Below, piece after piece: positions 50,118 through 62,465 of a stretch of 64,000 nucleotides of DNA (positions are counted from its first letter, which is position 1; every line of letters begins with the position of its first letter). A program made the translations under genes and the position numbers. The notes beneath the pieces are model-generated. The model was not told the DNA's origin. It made no database searches and saw only the letters and a program-made list of their open reading frames with translations. Source of the DNA: Eledone cirrhosa (lineage: Eukaryota). The stretch spans positions 344,472,001-344,536,000 of the forward strand of contig OZ024743.1 in assembly GCA_964016885.1 (NCBI GenBank), given 5' to 3'.

Positions 50118-50175
50118 ATACCTGATGACGTCACCGGATTCATACTGAACCCGGTCATTGAAATGACCATAGTAT
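50118..50175 (+). ncRNA. Hammerhead ribozyme motif inside a small element with 17 bp terminal inverted repeats (49999-50224)
   Basis: ATAC-CTGATGA-..ACCGGATTCA-TAC-TGAACCCGGT..-GAA-ATGACCAT-A-GTAT. The base of stem II is imperfect. Confidence 0.65.
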
Positions 50176-50219
50176 AATAAACTTTTCAAGGATTTACACC
50201 AGTCCAGCCTCCTGTTATT

Positions 50220-50251
<32 letters not shown>

Positions 50252-50371
50252 CAGGTCTATATGTGTCTGACAGAAATAGTTAAATATATCGAGATGTTAT
50301 GCTAATACTTCTGAAGGTGATGCCTCACCATAGCTGCAGACAACACAGACAGACAGACAAACAGGCACACA

Positions 50372-50446
<75 letters not shown>

Positions 50447-50448
50447 GG

Positions 50449-50645
50449 AACTAGTAAGACCCCGACGGCTGAGCTCAAGCCGTTTCGACGGCTAATTCTG
50501 GACTGAATTAGCCAGAATTAGCCGTCGAAACGGCTTGAGCTCAGCTGTCGGGGTCTTACTGGTTGCTATTACCCACTCTACTACCTCAAGTATTGAGTAC
50601 TTTGGTGCGTTATGGTCCACCTGGTTCCTTACCACATTTCCTCCG

Positions 50646-50648
<3 letters not shown>
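50449..50648. repeat. Fold-back element with a ~53 bp-arm hairpin (50449-50563), same family as 3561-3820
   Basis: GACCCCGACGGCTGAGCTCAAGCCGTTTCGACGGCTAATTCTGG mirrored across a 10 nt loop; shared tail CCCACTCTACTACC..ATGGTCCACCTGGT. Confidence 0.8.
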
Positions 50649-50695
<47 letters not shown>

Positions 50696-50724
50696 ATATA
50701 TATGTAAATATATATATATATATG

Positions 50725-50771
<47 letters not shown>

Positions 50772-51266
50772 CTGTCGGTTTCGATAGTCATGTACCAAAT
50801 TTACGAATATATATGATCCATATAAAAACCCAATTACAAACATAAATATTTCACGACGGTATAAAGCAATACATGTTTGAGTAAGGCAAAACCGTTTAAA
50901 TAGACCCGAGAATTGGCCCGAAAGGAGGCAACACGACAGGACGTGAATGCAGAGAAAGCTCATTCAACCACAGGCTTGAAGGCTCCCAAACCAGACACCG
51001 CAAACTTTCATCTCATATCACACACCACACACCGCACCTTCTCCTCAACACATATAGGCCAACATGTCTAGGGATAGCCAAAACGCTCATCACAGCAACC
51101 TTTATCCCTCACCACAAACTCGTCACTACGCCCACCCCCACCTATATTGCAAGCCAAAACATTCATCGTAATTAATCCACCAATCAAAACAACATAAACT
51201 GACCAACATGTGAACGTTAGACTTTTTGTACGCCATGTATATGCATTCTGTCATTACTACCACTGA

Positions 51267-51351
51267 GGTTCGACAAGCTTTTGATCCCAGAGTCGGGCTA
51301 GATCGATACATCTCGAACCTTGAGCTGATCAGTAGCGAAACGCGCGTCACC
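51267..51351 (+). ncRNA. Degenerate hammerhead motif, paralog of 2266-2348
   Basis: GGT-TCGACAA-GCT...AGC-GAA-ACGCGCGT-C-ACC. GAAA intact, CTGANGA mutated. Confidence 0.5.
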
Positions 51352-51420
51352 AACCAATAAATGTAATGAAGCAGTAATCATTCGTCCTTGTATTAAATAT
51401 ATATATATATACATACATAC

Positions 51421-51454
<34 letters not shown>

Positions 51455-51582
51455 GTAGGAGGTGAGTTTTATTGTAGTACAATAAAGCAATGCAGATATC
51501 GGATAAGAAGCACTCTACAGTTTGTAGGACTGGAGTATACATAATATATAAGATCAAAAGATGGTTAAAGGAGTTCCATGTA

Positions 51583-51649
51583 TTTTATTATGCGCATTTC
51601 AAAAACAAACATCATCATGCAATAATATTTGTGTTTTCATCAGATAAAA
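51583..51649 (-). ncRNA. Hammerhead ribozyme (inverted copy of 54243-54309)
   Basis: Exact reverse complement of the + strand motif. Confidence 0.8.
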
Positions 51650-52171
51650 CAGGAGAACATGATATGAAGGCTAAAAAACACTTGTGGATAGTGCAGTTTT
51701 AAATCAACATATGAAAAGTAGTTTTAGATTGATGTGTGATATTGGGAAAAATATTTTATTTAGAGAGGGGGGGGTGGAAAGGATGAAAAAAGGGGAGGAG
51801 ATGAGAGTGAAGGTGGAGAGGGAGAGATGGGTGATAGAGAGAAAGAGATAGTTTTTATAACTGAGAGAAGATATATTGTTTTACATAGAGAGGTTGAAAA
51901 CCGTTGGAAGATAATGTATAAATTAAAAGAATTTGAAAATTAACGAAGGGAAAAATATGTACGAGGAAAAAATATTTTATTTAGAGAGGGGGGGGGGAAA
52001 GGATGAGACAAGTGGAGGAGATGAGAGTGAAGGTGGAGAGGGAGAGATGGGTGATAGAGAGAAAGAGATAGTTTTTATAACTGAGAAAAGATATATTGTT
52101 TTACATAGAGAGGTTGAGAACCGTTGGAAGATAATGTATAAATTAAAAGAATTTGAAAATTAACGAAGGGA

Positions 52172-53044
52172 AACATAATCTGGTATAATGCTCCTTTCTC
52201 CATCTCTATTAATAACAATATTCCTAAATTATTTTTTAGTGCCTTAAATAAATGCTTCCCTCCCTCACATATCTATAGTAAAATATTTAACAAACACACC
52301 ATCAAATTTTCTTATTCTACATCCTCCAATATTTCCAACATTATCTCTAAACACAACAATAAAATACTAAATACTAAATCTCTTCCTTCCAACATTGAAT
52401 TTCATAATAACAGTAATAGTACTCCCGACGTCATTGTAAACCCTAGGCTAACTTCTGTAAACCCAAATACAACGTCAAACACAACTTCGCTAAATGTTCA
52501 TAATCCAACTCTAAATCAAGAAACTATTATTCCTATTATTCCTATCGCAAACAACTTCTCCAATTCAATTCCTTCTATAGATAACACTAGGTCACTCATT
52601 AATAATCTCTCTAATTGCAACTGCCGCATTAAAAATAAATGTCCTCTCAACAACCATTGTCTTGATAAAAACTTAATTTATGAATGTAAAGTTATAACTA
52701 GCACCAATTCCTTCACCTATTTTGGCTCCACTTCCACCTCTTTTAAAGCTCGTCTCTATAATCATCATTCATCTTTTAAATACAAACTTAAAAGAACCAA
52801 CACGGCTCTCTCAGAACTCATATGGTCCTTGAAAGACAAAAACATTAAATATACCATCTTTTGGAAGAAGGTTTCTTCTGCGTCCTCATACTTGAACAGC
52901 TCTCAATCTAAAATCTGTAATCTCTGCCTAAATGAAAAATTTACCATTATCTCTAATCTAGATTCTATAATAAATAGACGTACAGATTTGTTTTCTATCT
53001 GCCTGCATAAATTCCATAGGACCTTTCACAAAGTATACAGCTAA
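52172..53044 (+). pseudogene. 5'-truncated PLE polyprotein C-terminus with GIY-YIG endonuclease (open frame, no ATG)
   Basis: IIWYNAPFS..KIFNKHTIKFSYS..KHNNK..CNCRIKNKCPLNNHC..LIYEC..YFGST..FKARLYNH..LSELIWSLK..CNLCLNEK..NRR..CLH. The track reports only the last 71 aa. Confidence 0.9.
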
Positions 53045-54242
53045 TATTCAATTCTTTATCAATTTAAAATCTTTTCTCAAAGGCACATATACATACACCT
53101 CTTTAAAATATACCCATTCTTCCTACCTTACTTCAAAGGGCATTATACACTCTATAATACTTGTTTACTCATTACCCTCACTCTATCTTCACCTTGTAAA
53201 ATCCTTCATAACATATACATTTGTTTTTTTGACGGTAGAATATTCATCCGCAATTATTATTATTTTTTCTCTCCATCATCAAACTTTTCAATCTCAATAC
53301 ATTAACTCCCTCTCCTCCTTTTTTTGACGCTAGAATATTCATCCTTAATAATATATTTTTTTCTTCCCACCAACTAACACATTCTTAATACATATTAACT
53401 CTTTCTTCGCACAAATTATCAATTCCTTCAATATAAAAACCTTAACTTCACATTATTTTTCTCAAATCATCTAATACACACAAACCGTAATAATTTTAAT
53501 ACATATTAACTCTTTCTTCGCACATATTATCAATTCCTTCAATATACAAACTTTAACTTCTACACACAAACCTTAATAATTTTTTTCTCTTCGTCAATTT
53601 TGAAATTGCCATAATACTTATAAACATACACCTTTTGACGTTAGAATATTCATCCGCAATTATTATTTTTTCTCTCTATCTTCAAACTTTTTAATATCAA
53701 TACATATCAACTCCCTCTCTTTCCCTTCGTTAACTTTCAAATTCTTTTAATTTATACATTATCTTCCAACGGTTCTCAACCTCTCTATGTAAAACAATAT
53801 ATCTTTTCTCAGTTATAAAAACTATCTCTTTCTCTCTATCACCCATCTCTCCCTCTCCACCTTCACTCTCATCTCTCCCCTTTTTTCATCCTTTCCACCT
53901 CCCCTCTCTAAATAAAATATGTTTTCCTCGTACATATTTTTCCCTTCGTTAATTTTCAAATTCTTTTAATTTATACATTATCTTCCAACGGTTTTCAACC
54001 TCTCTATGTAAAACAATATATCTTCTCTCAGTTATAAAATCTATCTCTTTCTCTATATCACCCATCTCTCCCTCTCCACCTTCACTCTCATATCCTCCCC
54101 TTTTTCATCCTTTCCACCCCCCCCCTCTCTAAATAAAATATTTTTCCCAATATCACACATCAATCTAAAACTACTTTTCATATGTTGATTTAAAACTGCA
54201 CTATCCACAAGTGTTTTTTAGCCTTCATATCATGTTCTCCTG

Positions 54243-54309
54243 TTTTATCTGATGAAAACACAAATATTATTGCATGATGATGTTTGTTTTTGAAATGCGC
54301 ATAATAAAA
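54243..54309 (+). ncRNA. Hammerhead ribozyme with intact core and AU-rich 16 bp stem II
   Basis: TTTTAT-CTGATGA-AAACACAAATATTATT-GCAT-GATGATGTTTGTTTTT-GAA-ATGCGCAT-A-ATAAAA. Confidence 0.82.
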
Positions 54310-54397
54310 TACATGGAACTCCTTTAACCATCTTTTGATCTTATATATTATATATATATATATATATATCTTTATATATATATATATATATACATAT

Positions 54398-55800
54398 AAC
54401 TTTGAAACTTTGAATAACTTTGAAATGTTTTGGCCAGTATTGGCCCAGGCCATGTCTAACTTAATAGCGCCACCTGGCGAAGTCTTTCAATTCAGGATTT
54501 GGGCACCATGGCCCATTTGAGAAGAGAATTACTGTTTGCGGAGACATATCCGGGTGTGGATGGTTTGTCCGGGATTACTTGGGGGGATTTTGTCCAAAGA
54601 CTTCTTGAATTGTGTGTGGTCAGTTTCTGTTTTGACGTGTCCTGGTGTGATGTTGAAGAGAGCAGGGCCAATTGAGGTGAAATAATTGTGCCGTATTGTT
54701 GTAATGAGTTGCGATTTAGATTTTTGTTTGGGACGGATAGCACGAGGCCCAAGCCTTGGGTGTATTTTGAAGGTGATGCCAACATCATTTGGGCAGTGCT
54801 GATGAAACATTTTCCACATCATGCAGATAATATAACGCTCACGGCGACGTTGGAGTGAGTAAAGTTTCAGCTTTTCTAGTCGACCCCAGTAGTCTAGGTC
54901 TGACATGCCATCTATCTTTTTCGTGATTGCCCTTTGGGGAGCTTCAAGTTTCATGATACTTTGTTTCGTGTGGGGAGACCACAGTGGACAACAGTATTCA
55001 AAAGTAGAGAAGAGAAGGATAATGGTGTGGGAATCTCTCGACTGGAAGGTTCTGAGGATCCAGGAACACATTCTGCGGACCATGTCAACTTTGCTGCTTA
55101 TATGCGTGGCCCAGCTTATGTTGCTGTCCACGGTTACTCCCAAGTCTCTGATGTTGTTAGATGCCACGAGAGTTTCACCGGAGAGAAGGGAGTACGGGAG
55201 TTTCAGAGCATCCTCTTTTCCAAAGTGGATCAGTTCGAATTTGTCTTCGATCAGTAACATGTTGTTCTTTTCCGCCCATTGGGTAACAGCCAGTAGGTCT
55301 GACTGAAGGCTTATCCGGTCATCCACGCCATTGATTACCTTTTGGAGCTTGGAATCATCAGCGAAAATTCTAATGTTGCTTTGTTTGATGATGTCAGTGA
55401 TGTCATTAATATAGATGATGAAGAGAAGTGGGCCCAACACAGTGCCTTGTGGGACCCCACTACTGACTTTGGCTGGGCTGGATTTGACTCCTTCGACTAC
55501 AACATGTTGGGTTCTGTTTGACAGGAAGCTCTTGATCCACTGCAGCAGCTTTCCAGTGACACCAATATTGGACAGCTTTCTCAGTAGAATGTTGTGATCA
55601 ACCCTGTCAAAGGCCTTACCGAAATCAAGGTAGATAACATCAGTGTTGGAACCCTCTCCCAAGGCTCTCAAAATGTCATCAAAGTGATGCAGTAGCTGCG
55701 TCAGGCAATCCCTTCCATTACGGAATCCATGCTGGTTGGAGTTCAGCATATTGTTACTCCCAAGGAAGTGGGTCATTCGCGATCTCACCACTCTCTCAAA
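54398..55800 (-). mobile_element. 5'-truncated CR1-group LINE (RT plus 3' UTR)
   Basis: ORF 54529-55791: QHGFR, YLDFGKAFDRVDH, SGVPQGTVLGPLLF, FADDSK. The 3' tail is short TTCAAAGT-type tandem repeats. Confidence 0.92.
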
Positions 55801-55816
55801 TAATATCTTTATATAT

Positions 55817-56724
<908 letters not shown>

Positions 56725-57127
56725 TATATAATTAGTTTAGTTTACGCCGCTTTACCTTTCATTCCTTACAAAAATCAATAAAGCAAATATTCTTTAAAGT
56801 ACTGTAGCCAATGTGAATATATAAAAACAATGTGGAGGCTGTGCACCAGCATGGCCGCAAATTATTGTCTGAAATCCGTAAAAGACCGAAAGCATAAAAG
56901 AAAAAATTATCTGCCAAAATTGCCTAGTGTTATCATTCCTGGATTTATTTTTGAACACAAGATTAATCCTCCTTTTGTTAAAATCCTAATCTATAACAGA
57001 TTAATGTAGCGTTACGTCTATACAGTTATAGATAATTTTGCGGTTTATTTGTTAAAAAAAAATATTATCGATAGTTATGTTTATGGCAAATCTCTAAGAT
57101 GCTAATGTACAACGCTTACTACACTGC

Positions 57128-57273
<146 letters not shown>

Positions 57274-57433
57274 GATATTAAACAAATGGAAACTATATTT
57301 ATAAAACCATATTTATTTCATTATACATATTTCGGGGATACCATATTAAAAATATGGCATGCCTTCGTCAGATAAAATACAATATATAAACAGTTTTATA
57401 AATAATTTTGACGTACCATAAATATGAGCGACC

Positions 57434-57475
<42 letters not shown>

Positions 57476-57498
57476 GGCCTTGTGCCTAAAATAGAAAC

Positions 57499-57542
<44 letters not shown>

Positions 57543-58357
57543 GGGGGGGGTTGTAAAACCCCGACACAGCGCCAAGCAGTTTCGGCTTATATATATATAT
57601 ATATTATAGGGTGTATATGATATATTTATATATAATAAGCATACGAGAGTCACACCATGAATTTTTTAAAGTCGCGATCGTGTCTCAGGTATCTCAGTTT
57701 TGGTGAGAATGCTAAATCCCTTTTTCTGCTATTTTAGTTCCATTCTAATTACAAGTTGGCATTATGAGCAAATGTGATAGTATTTGGGATATTTGATAGT
57801 GGTGGTGGTGGTGGTGGTTGGGGTGGTGGTGGCTGTAATGTTTGTGGTGATGGTGGCGGTGATTGTGGTTATAGTTGTGGTGTAGGTGGGATGGGGGATT
57901 CTAGTTGACGAAATTGAACTCTGTTAAAGCTGAAAGTAATGCATCATGTTGATGCTGTTAGTGGTTGCTCTGGTGGCGATGTTGGAGATTGGCCTTACAT
58001 GACTAATATTGTGCAAGTTGTTTATTCTTATTGTTTAATTCCCGATCAGCTCTTCTCAGGCAAACCTACAATCAAGACGTTCCAGCCATGCCCATGCCAT
58101 CCTTTATTCAGGAATATACTGTTAAGTGTGTCTAAAGTTTTAAGACTTTAGTAAGTGACTTGACTGAGATTTAGCTGTTATTTCTAGCACCTTGAGCGAC
58201 AACATAGAGACTCCGCCATTGCATCATTGAAAGTGGTCATGCGGTTTGGTAGCGTTGCATGTTGATGGTTGTTGGCGAACGAAAATACAACTGATTTAGA
58301 AGACTCTCTGTGTGTGTAATGTGTGTGTGTGTGTGTATGCATATGTGTATGCATATG

Positions 58358-58393
<36 letters not shown>

Positions 58394-58951
58394 TATGAAT
58401 GCGTATATATAAGTGTGTGTGTGTGTGTGTGTGCGTCTGCATATGTGTGTATTCATATAAATTTCTTGACCAAATCAAATTATTGACCAAGCAATATTTG
58501 GTTTATAACAATGGTTACTTGATAACTCGCTGCCTCCGCCATTGTATTATATAGCTAAGGTCCTTCAGGTCAGTTTACTTTTCCGACTGATTTTACGGGC
58601 TTACTTCACGACGGCCATTTTTCTGGCTTGATATCACCCGAAACGACTTCATCACATTACACATTTTCTCGCTGTTTAATTAATCTCATGTCAAAATTTG
58701 TTTTACCATTCTTCTCCGTGTGAATGTATAGCATCGATATTTGACAGGCTTGTTTGCTGTAAAGTTTCCGTTTTGTAAGACATACATACACACTCTCAGC
58801 TTAAAGAAACGACTCGTCGCATATAATATGATATTCAATCATTCCGTGTGTAAAGTTGATATTGATAGAAGATAGAACTGAACTGTCTTTTCAATGTAAA
58901 TGGTCGATCGGATCGATTGCCATGGCGGTGCTGCATGCCCCTCCCCCCGCC

Positions 58952-59088
<137 letters not shown>

Positions 59089-60314
59089 TTGAAAGTTTAT
59101 AGTTAACATATCTTGAATTCCAGAACATTCCCCTCATCAACTGTCAAGTGTAGAGTTCAAAACGATTTCCGCCCTTTCAAATAGTATCGCACACACCAGC
59201 GTTGTTGAGCTGGACTTGTGCTACCTGCGAATATTTAAATTCTGTTGGTCCACATCATAGCAAACTATTTTTCGCCCTATCATTCATGCAGCCACCTCAC
59301 AAAATCATGGTCGTCTGCAACCAACCACCGATTAGGTTGTTCAACCACTGCTGAGGGTTATTTTTCGCTGATAGTTTTCGTCTTTTACTCAACATTCCTA
59401 CTTATCTCTAAAATAAATCATTTACGTTCACCTAGTCGAAGGCCTGTCAAGTAAGACATAATGCATGTAGCTACAACCTAATGGCACCCACTTCAGTTGA
59501 ATTATGGTAAACAACCATACTCGCGTATCATATGCCTTTCTGAATTCCTCGTGTGTTAAGTATTACATTTCACGTACCCACTCCATATTACATTATCTTC
59601 CCAATAAAGACATTTTTCAGGTCAGTTGTAATACCTTTGAGATTGCAATATAGCTTGAAAACACGAAGACTACTTTCGAATATTTTTGGCCATTGCAGTT
59701 ATTATTGTTCTGAACTCTAGATTATGTTTTTTCTTGCATTATCTTTTCCCGCTATCCTTGTCGAAAACAACCTGATACAGCTTATTGATGATTCTTATTG
59801 TATTGGTGATTTTGCATTGCTATTTCAGCGCACTACTAATGATGTTCAAACCGTGTCAACCGGTATATTGTAACAAGGATGATATCCATGATGGTAAGTA
59901 TATTGTTTGTCTTTGAAGGTGAATGACGTTTACCAAAAATGGCGTCCAATAACCAACTGTTCTTCTTACAAAATTAACGTACAATAGTCAGTGTTTTTCT
60001 TCCTCTTCGTTTCCCCTATCTTCCAATCAGTGAATTTCCAGAATAAGCCATTTAAAGTAGACAAAAAAAAAAAGAAGCTAGGTTAGAGATAATTAATAGT
60101 ATATTGTTAATTAAATAAATTACGTATTCTGTGTTATATTATATAGTACTACACATTAAAGAAACATGTGGTTATCACATAATAAGATTGATATCACGTT
60201 TGACACTTTACTGACAGGCTACCCCAGGCGTTGGAACCAAGAAGGCATTCTTGGTATAAAATTGTACTTGAACAAATAGTAAAAAGAAATAGTATTAAAA
60301 TAACAACAATAGTA

Positions 60315-61170
60315 ATTATTTCTACTTTGGGCACACGGCAATCAATTTGGATAAAAGAAGGCGCCGTGGCAGGGCCCGCACCAGATGGATGGATATCATC
60401 AAGGAAGATCTCCGGAGGCTCGTCATCACCTTGGAGGATGCAGAGGAGCTAGCACAAGACCACCAGCGATGGAGGGCACTGGTGGACCTGGTCGGTTCTA
60501 TGCACGATGATGCCTTAGGATCGCTGGCTTAGGATGACCCCGGCCTCGTCGAGCGAAAGCAAGAAGAAGAAGAAGAAGAAGAAGAAGAAGAAGAAGAAGA
60601 AGAAGAAAGTCGATTATATCGATCTCAGTACTCACATAGTACTTATTTTATCGTACTTGGTAGAATTAACGGCAAAGTTGATCTTAGTGCGATTTGAACA
60701 CAGAATGTAGTAAGTCGTAATTAAGTAACACAAAACACTTTGTTTGATGCTTTAGCAATACTGTTAATTCACCACCCAAACAACTATAGTAATAATTGTT
60801 TCTACGTTTGGCACAGGACCAGCAATTATCTCCGTGTATGACTGGTACTTTATTTTATCGACCCCGTAAGGAGGAAAGGCAAAGTTAACCTCTGCGGGAT
60901 TTGAACGCTGGCAGTAAAGGGCCTTAACTCAGCAAAGCATACCGATACTGCCAATCAACCGCCTGATTTAGGCACAGTTCAGCAATTTTGGGGAAGGGGA
61001 AAGTTGATTAAATCGACCCAGTGTGTGACTGCTACTTTATTTTATAGGCCCCGTAAGAATGGAAGAGAGAGCTAACCGAGGTGGGATTTGAACTCAGAAC
61101 GTAATGAGGGGTGACAAAATATTGCAAGGCATTTTGTCTGGTGTTTTGAGATTCAGACAATCAACCGACC
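60315..61170 (-). mobile_element. Cluster of three tRNA-derived SINE copies, the first interrupted by an RTE fragment
   Basis: GGCACA..GTACTT(T)ATTTTATCG..GATTTGAAC repeated at about 60315-60777, 60790-60964 and 60965-61170. Confidence 0.78.
60347..60607 (+). mobile_element. RTE-clade LINE 3' end with (GAA)n tail
   Basis: KRRRGRARTRWMDIIKEDL..AQDHQRWRALV is the characteristic RTE C-terminus; (GAA)n at 60564-60607. Confidence 0.82.
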
Positions 61171-61206
61171 TTAATAATAATAGAATAATGATAATATGAT
61201 GATGAA

Positions 61207-61238
<32 letters not shown>

Positions 61239-61859
61239 AGAAGAAGAAGAAGAAGAAGAAGAAGAAGAAGAAGAAGAAGAAGAAGAAGAAGAAGAAGAAA
61301 GAAAGAAGAAGACGAAAACAAAATACTTTAAGAAGAAATACTAAGAAAATCAACAACAACAACAATTACAACAACAACAACAGTTACAAAAGAAAGAGAT
61401 TGCCAGGAACTGTTGAATTGAAATGAATCAATATTTTAAACTTTCTAAAGATTATTTCAACACATCTTATTATTGAGTTAGTAAATTTATTACATTTTAG
61501 TTTCTTATCTCAATTTTAATTCTTCAGAATGTAGCAATATTAGCGGAAGCTCCTCAATAAAGTAATTCTCTTTTGAATATTATGTATGTATGTATGTATG
61601 TATGTATGTATGTATGTATGTATGTATGTATGTATGTATGTATGTATGTATGTATGTATGTATGTACGTACGTACGTATGTATGTTTTTATGTATGATGT
61701 ATGTATGTACGTTTATATATATATATATATTTATTCGTATAACATACATTATATATGTATGTATATTTATGTATATATATATATATATACACACAAAGAG
61801 AGAAATGCCTTTTCATAATCTCTTTTGAATACTATGTTCATATATGTGTGCGCGCGCAT

Positions 61860-61946
61860 AGACCCTCTTCCTGCTATTTCAAGCGTTAACCTAGTATATT
61901 CCTTCCATATACTGTACCGATTGTGTTGTTATTTCTGTTTACATTT

Positions 61947-61950
<4 letters not shown>
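61860..61950 (+). mobile_element. PLE pLTR tail, paralog of 49361-49446
   Basis: AGACCCTCTTCCTGCTAT.TCAAGCGTTAACCTA..ATAT.CCTTCCATATACTGTACCGATTG shared with the 49 kb copy. Confidence 0.85.
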
Positions 61951-62000
<50 letters not shown>

Positions 62001-62465
62001 CGCATACACACACACACATATATATATATATACACATACGTACAAAAAAACACATATATGTATGAATGTTGCACATATTTGGAATTTGTTAATTTGTTAA
62101 TATTAATTCTTTATTTTGGCAGCAATTATTCTTATAATTTCTCATCACCGATCCTGTTTCATCTTGTTGTTGTTGTTATTGTTGTTGTTGTTGTTTTTTT
62201 TGTTGTTGTTGTTGTTATTGTTGTTGTTTTTGTTGTTGTTGTTATTGTTGTTGTTTTTGTTGTGAATAACAATCTTAATATAATTCCACACCGTATATTC
62301 TCTTCCGATAAGTTATAAATATTTCTAACTTTATCAACATTCATCACAAGGATTTAGAAATATCTGCCATAAAATTCTTTTTGATAATTTTCTTCATTAT
62401 GTTGTTGTCATCGTCGTTATTGTTGCTTGCTGCTGTAGTTGTTGATATTTTTATTATTATTATTT

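Larger units (their letters stand above)
51540..54350 (+). mobile_element. Penelope-like element (Nematis-like) with an inverted 5' pLTR
   Basis: 51540-52172 is the reverse complement of about 53721-54350; each arm holds two ~215 bp tandem units and a hammerhead. A GIY-YIG frame lies between the arms. Confidence 0.9.

Noticed and set aside
51490-51702. Duplicated 70-87 aa ORFs (also 54190-54453)
   Set aside because: They are by-products of the inverted pLTR arms, not a gene pair.
57355-57590. Half-hammerhead boxes on the minus strand (CTGACGAAGGC; GCCGAAAC), and a similar half at about 3347-3366
   Set aside because: Only one core box each, with no complete fold.
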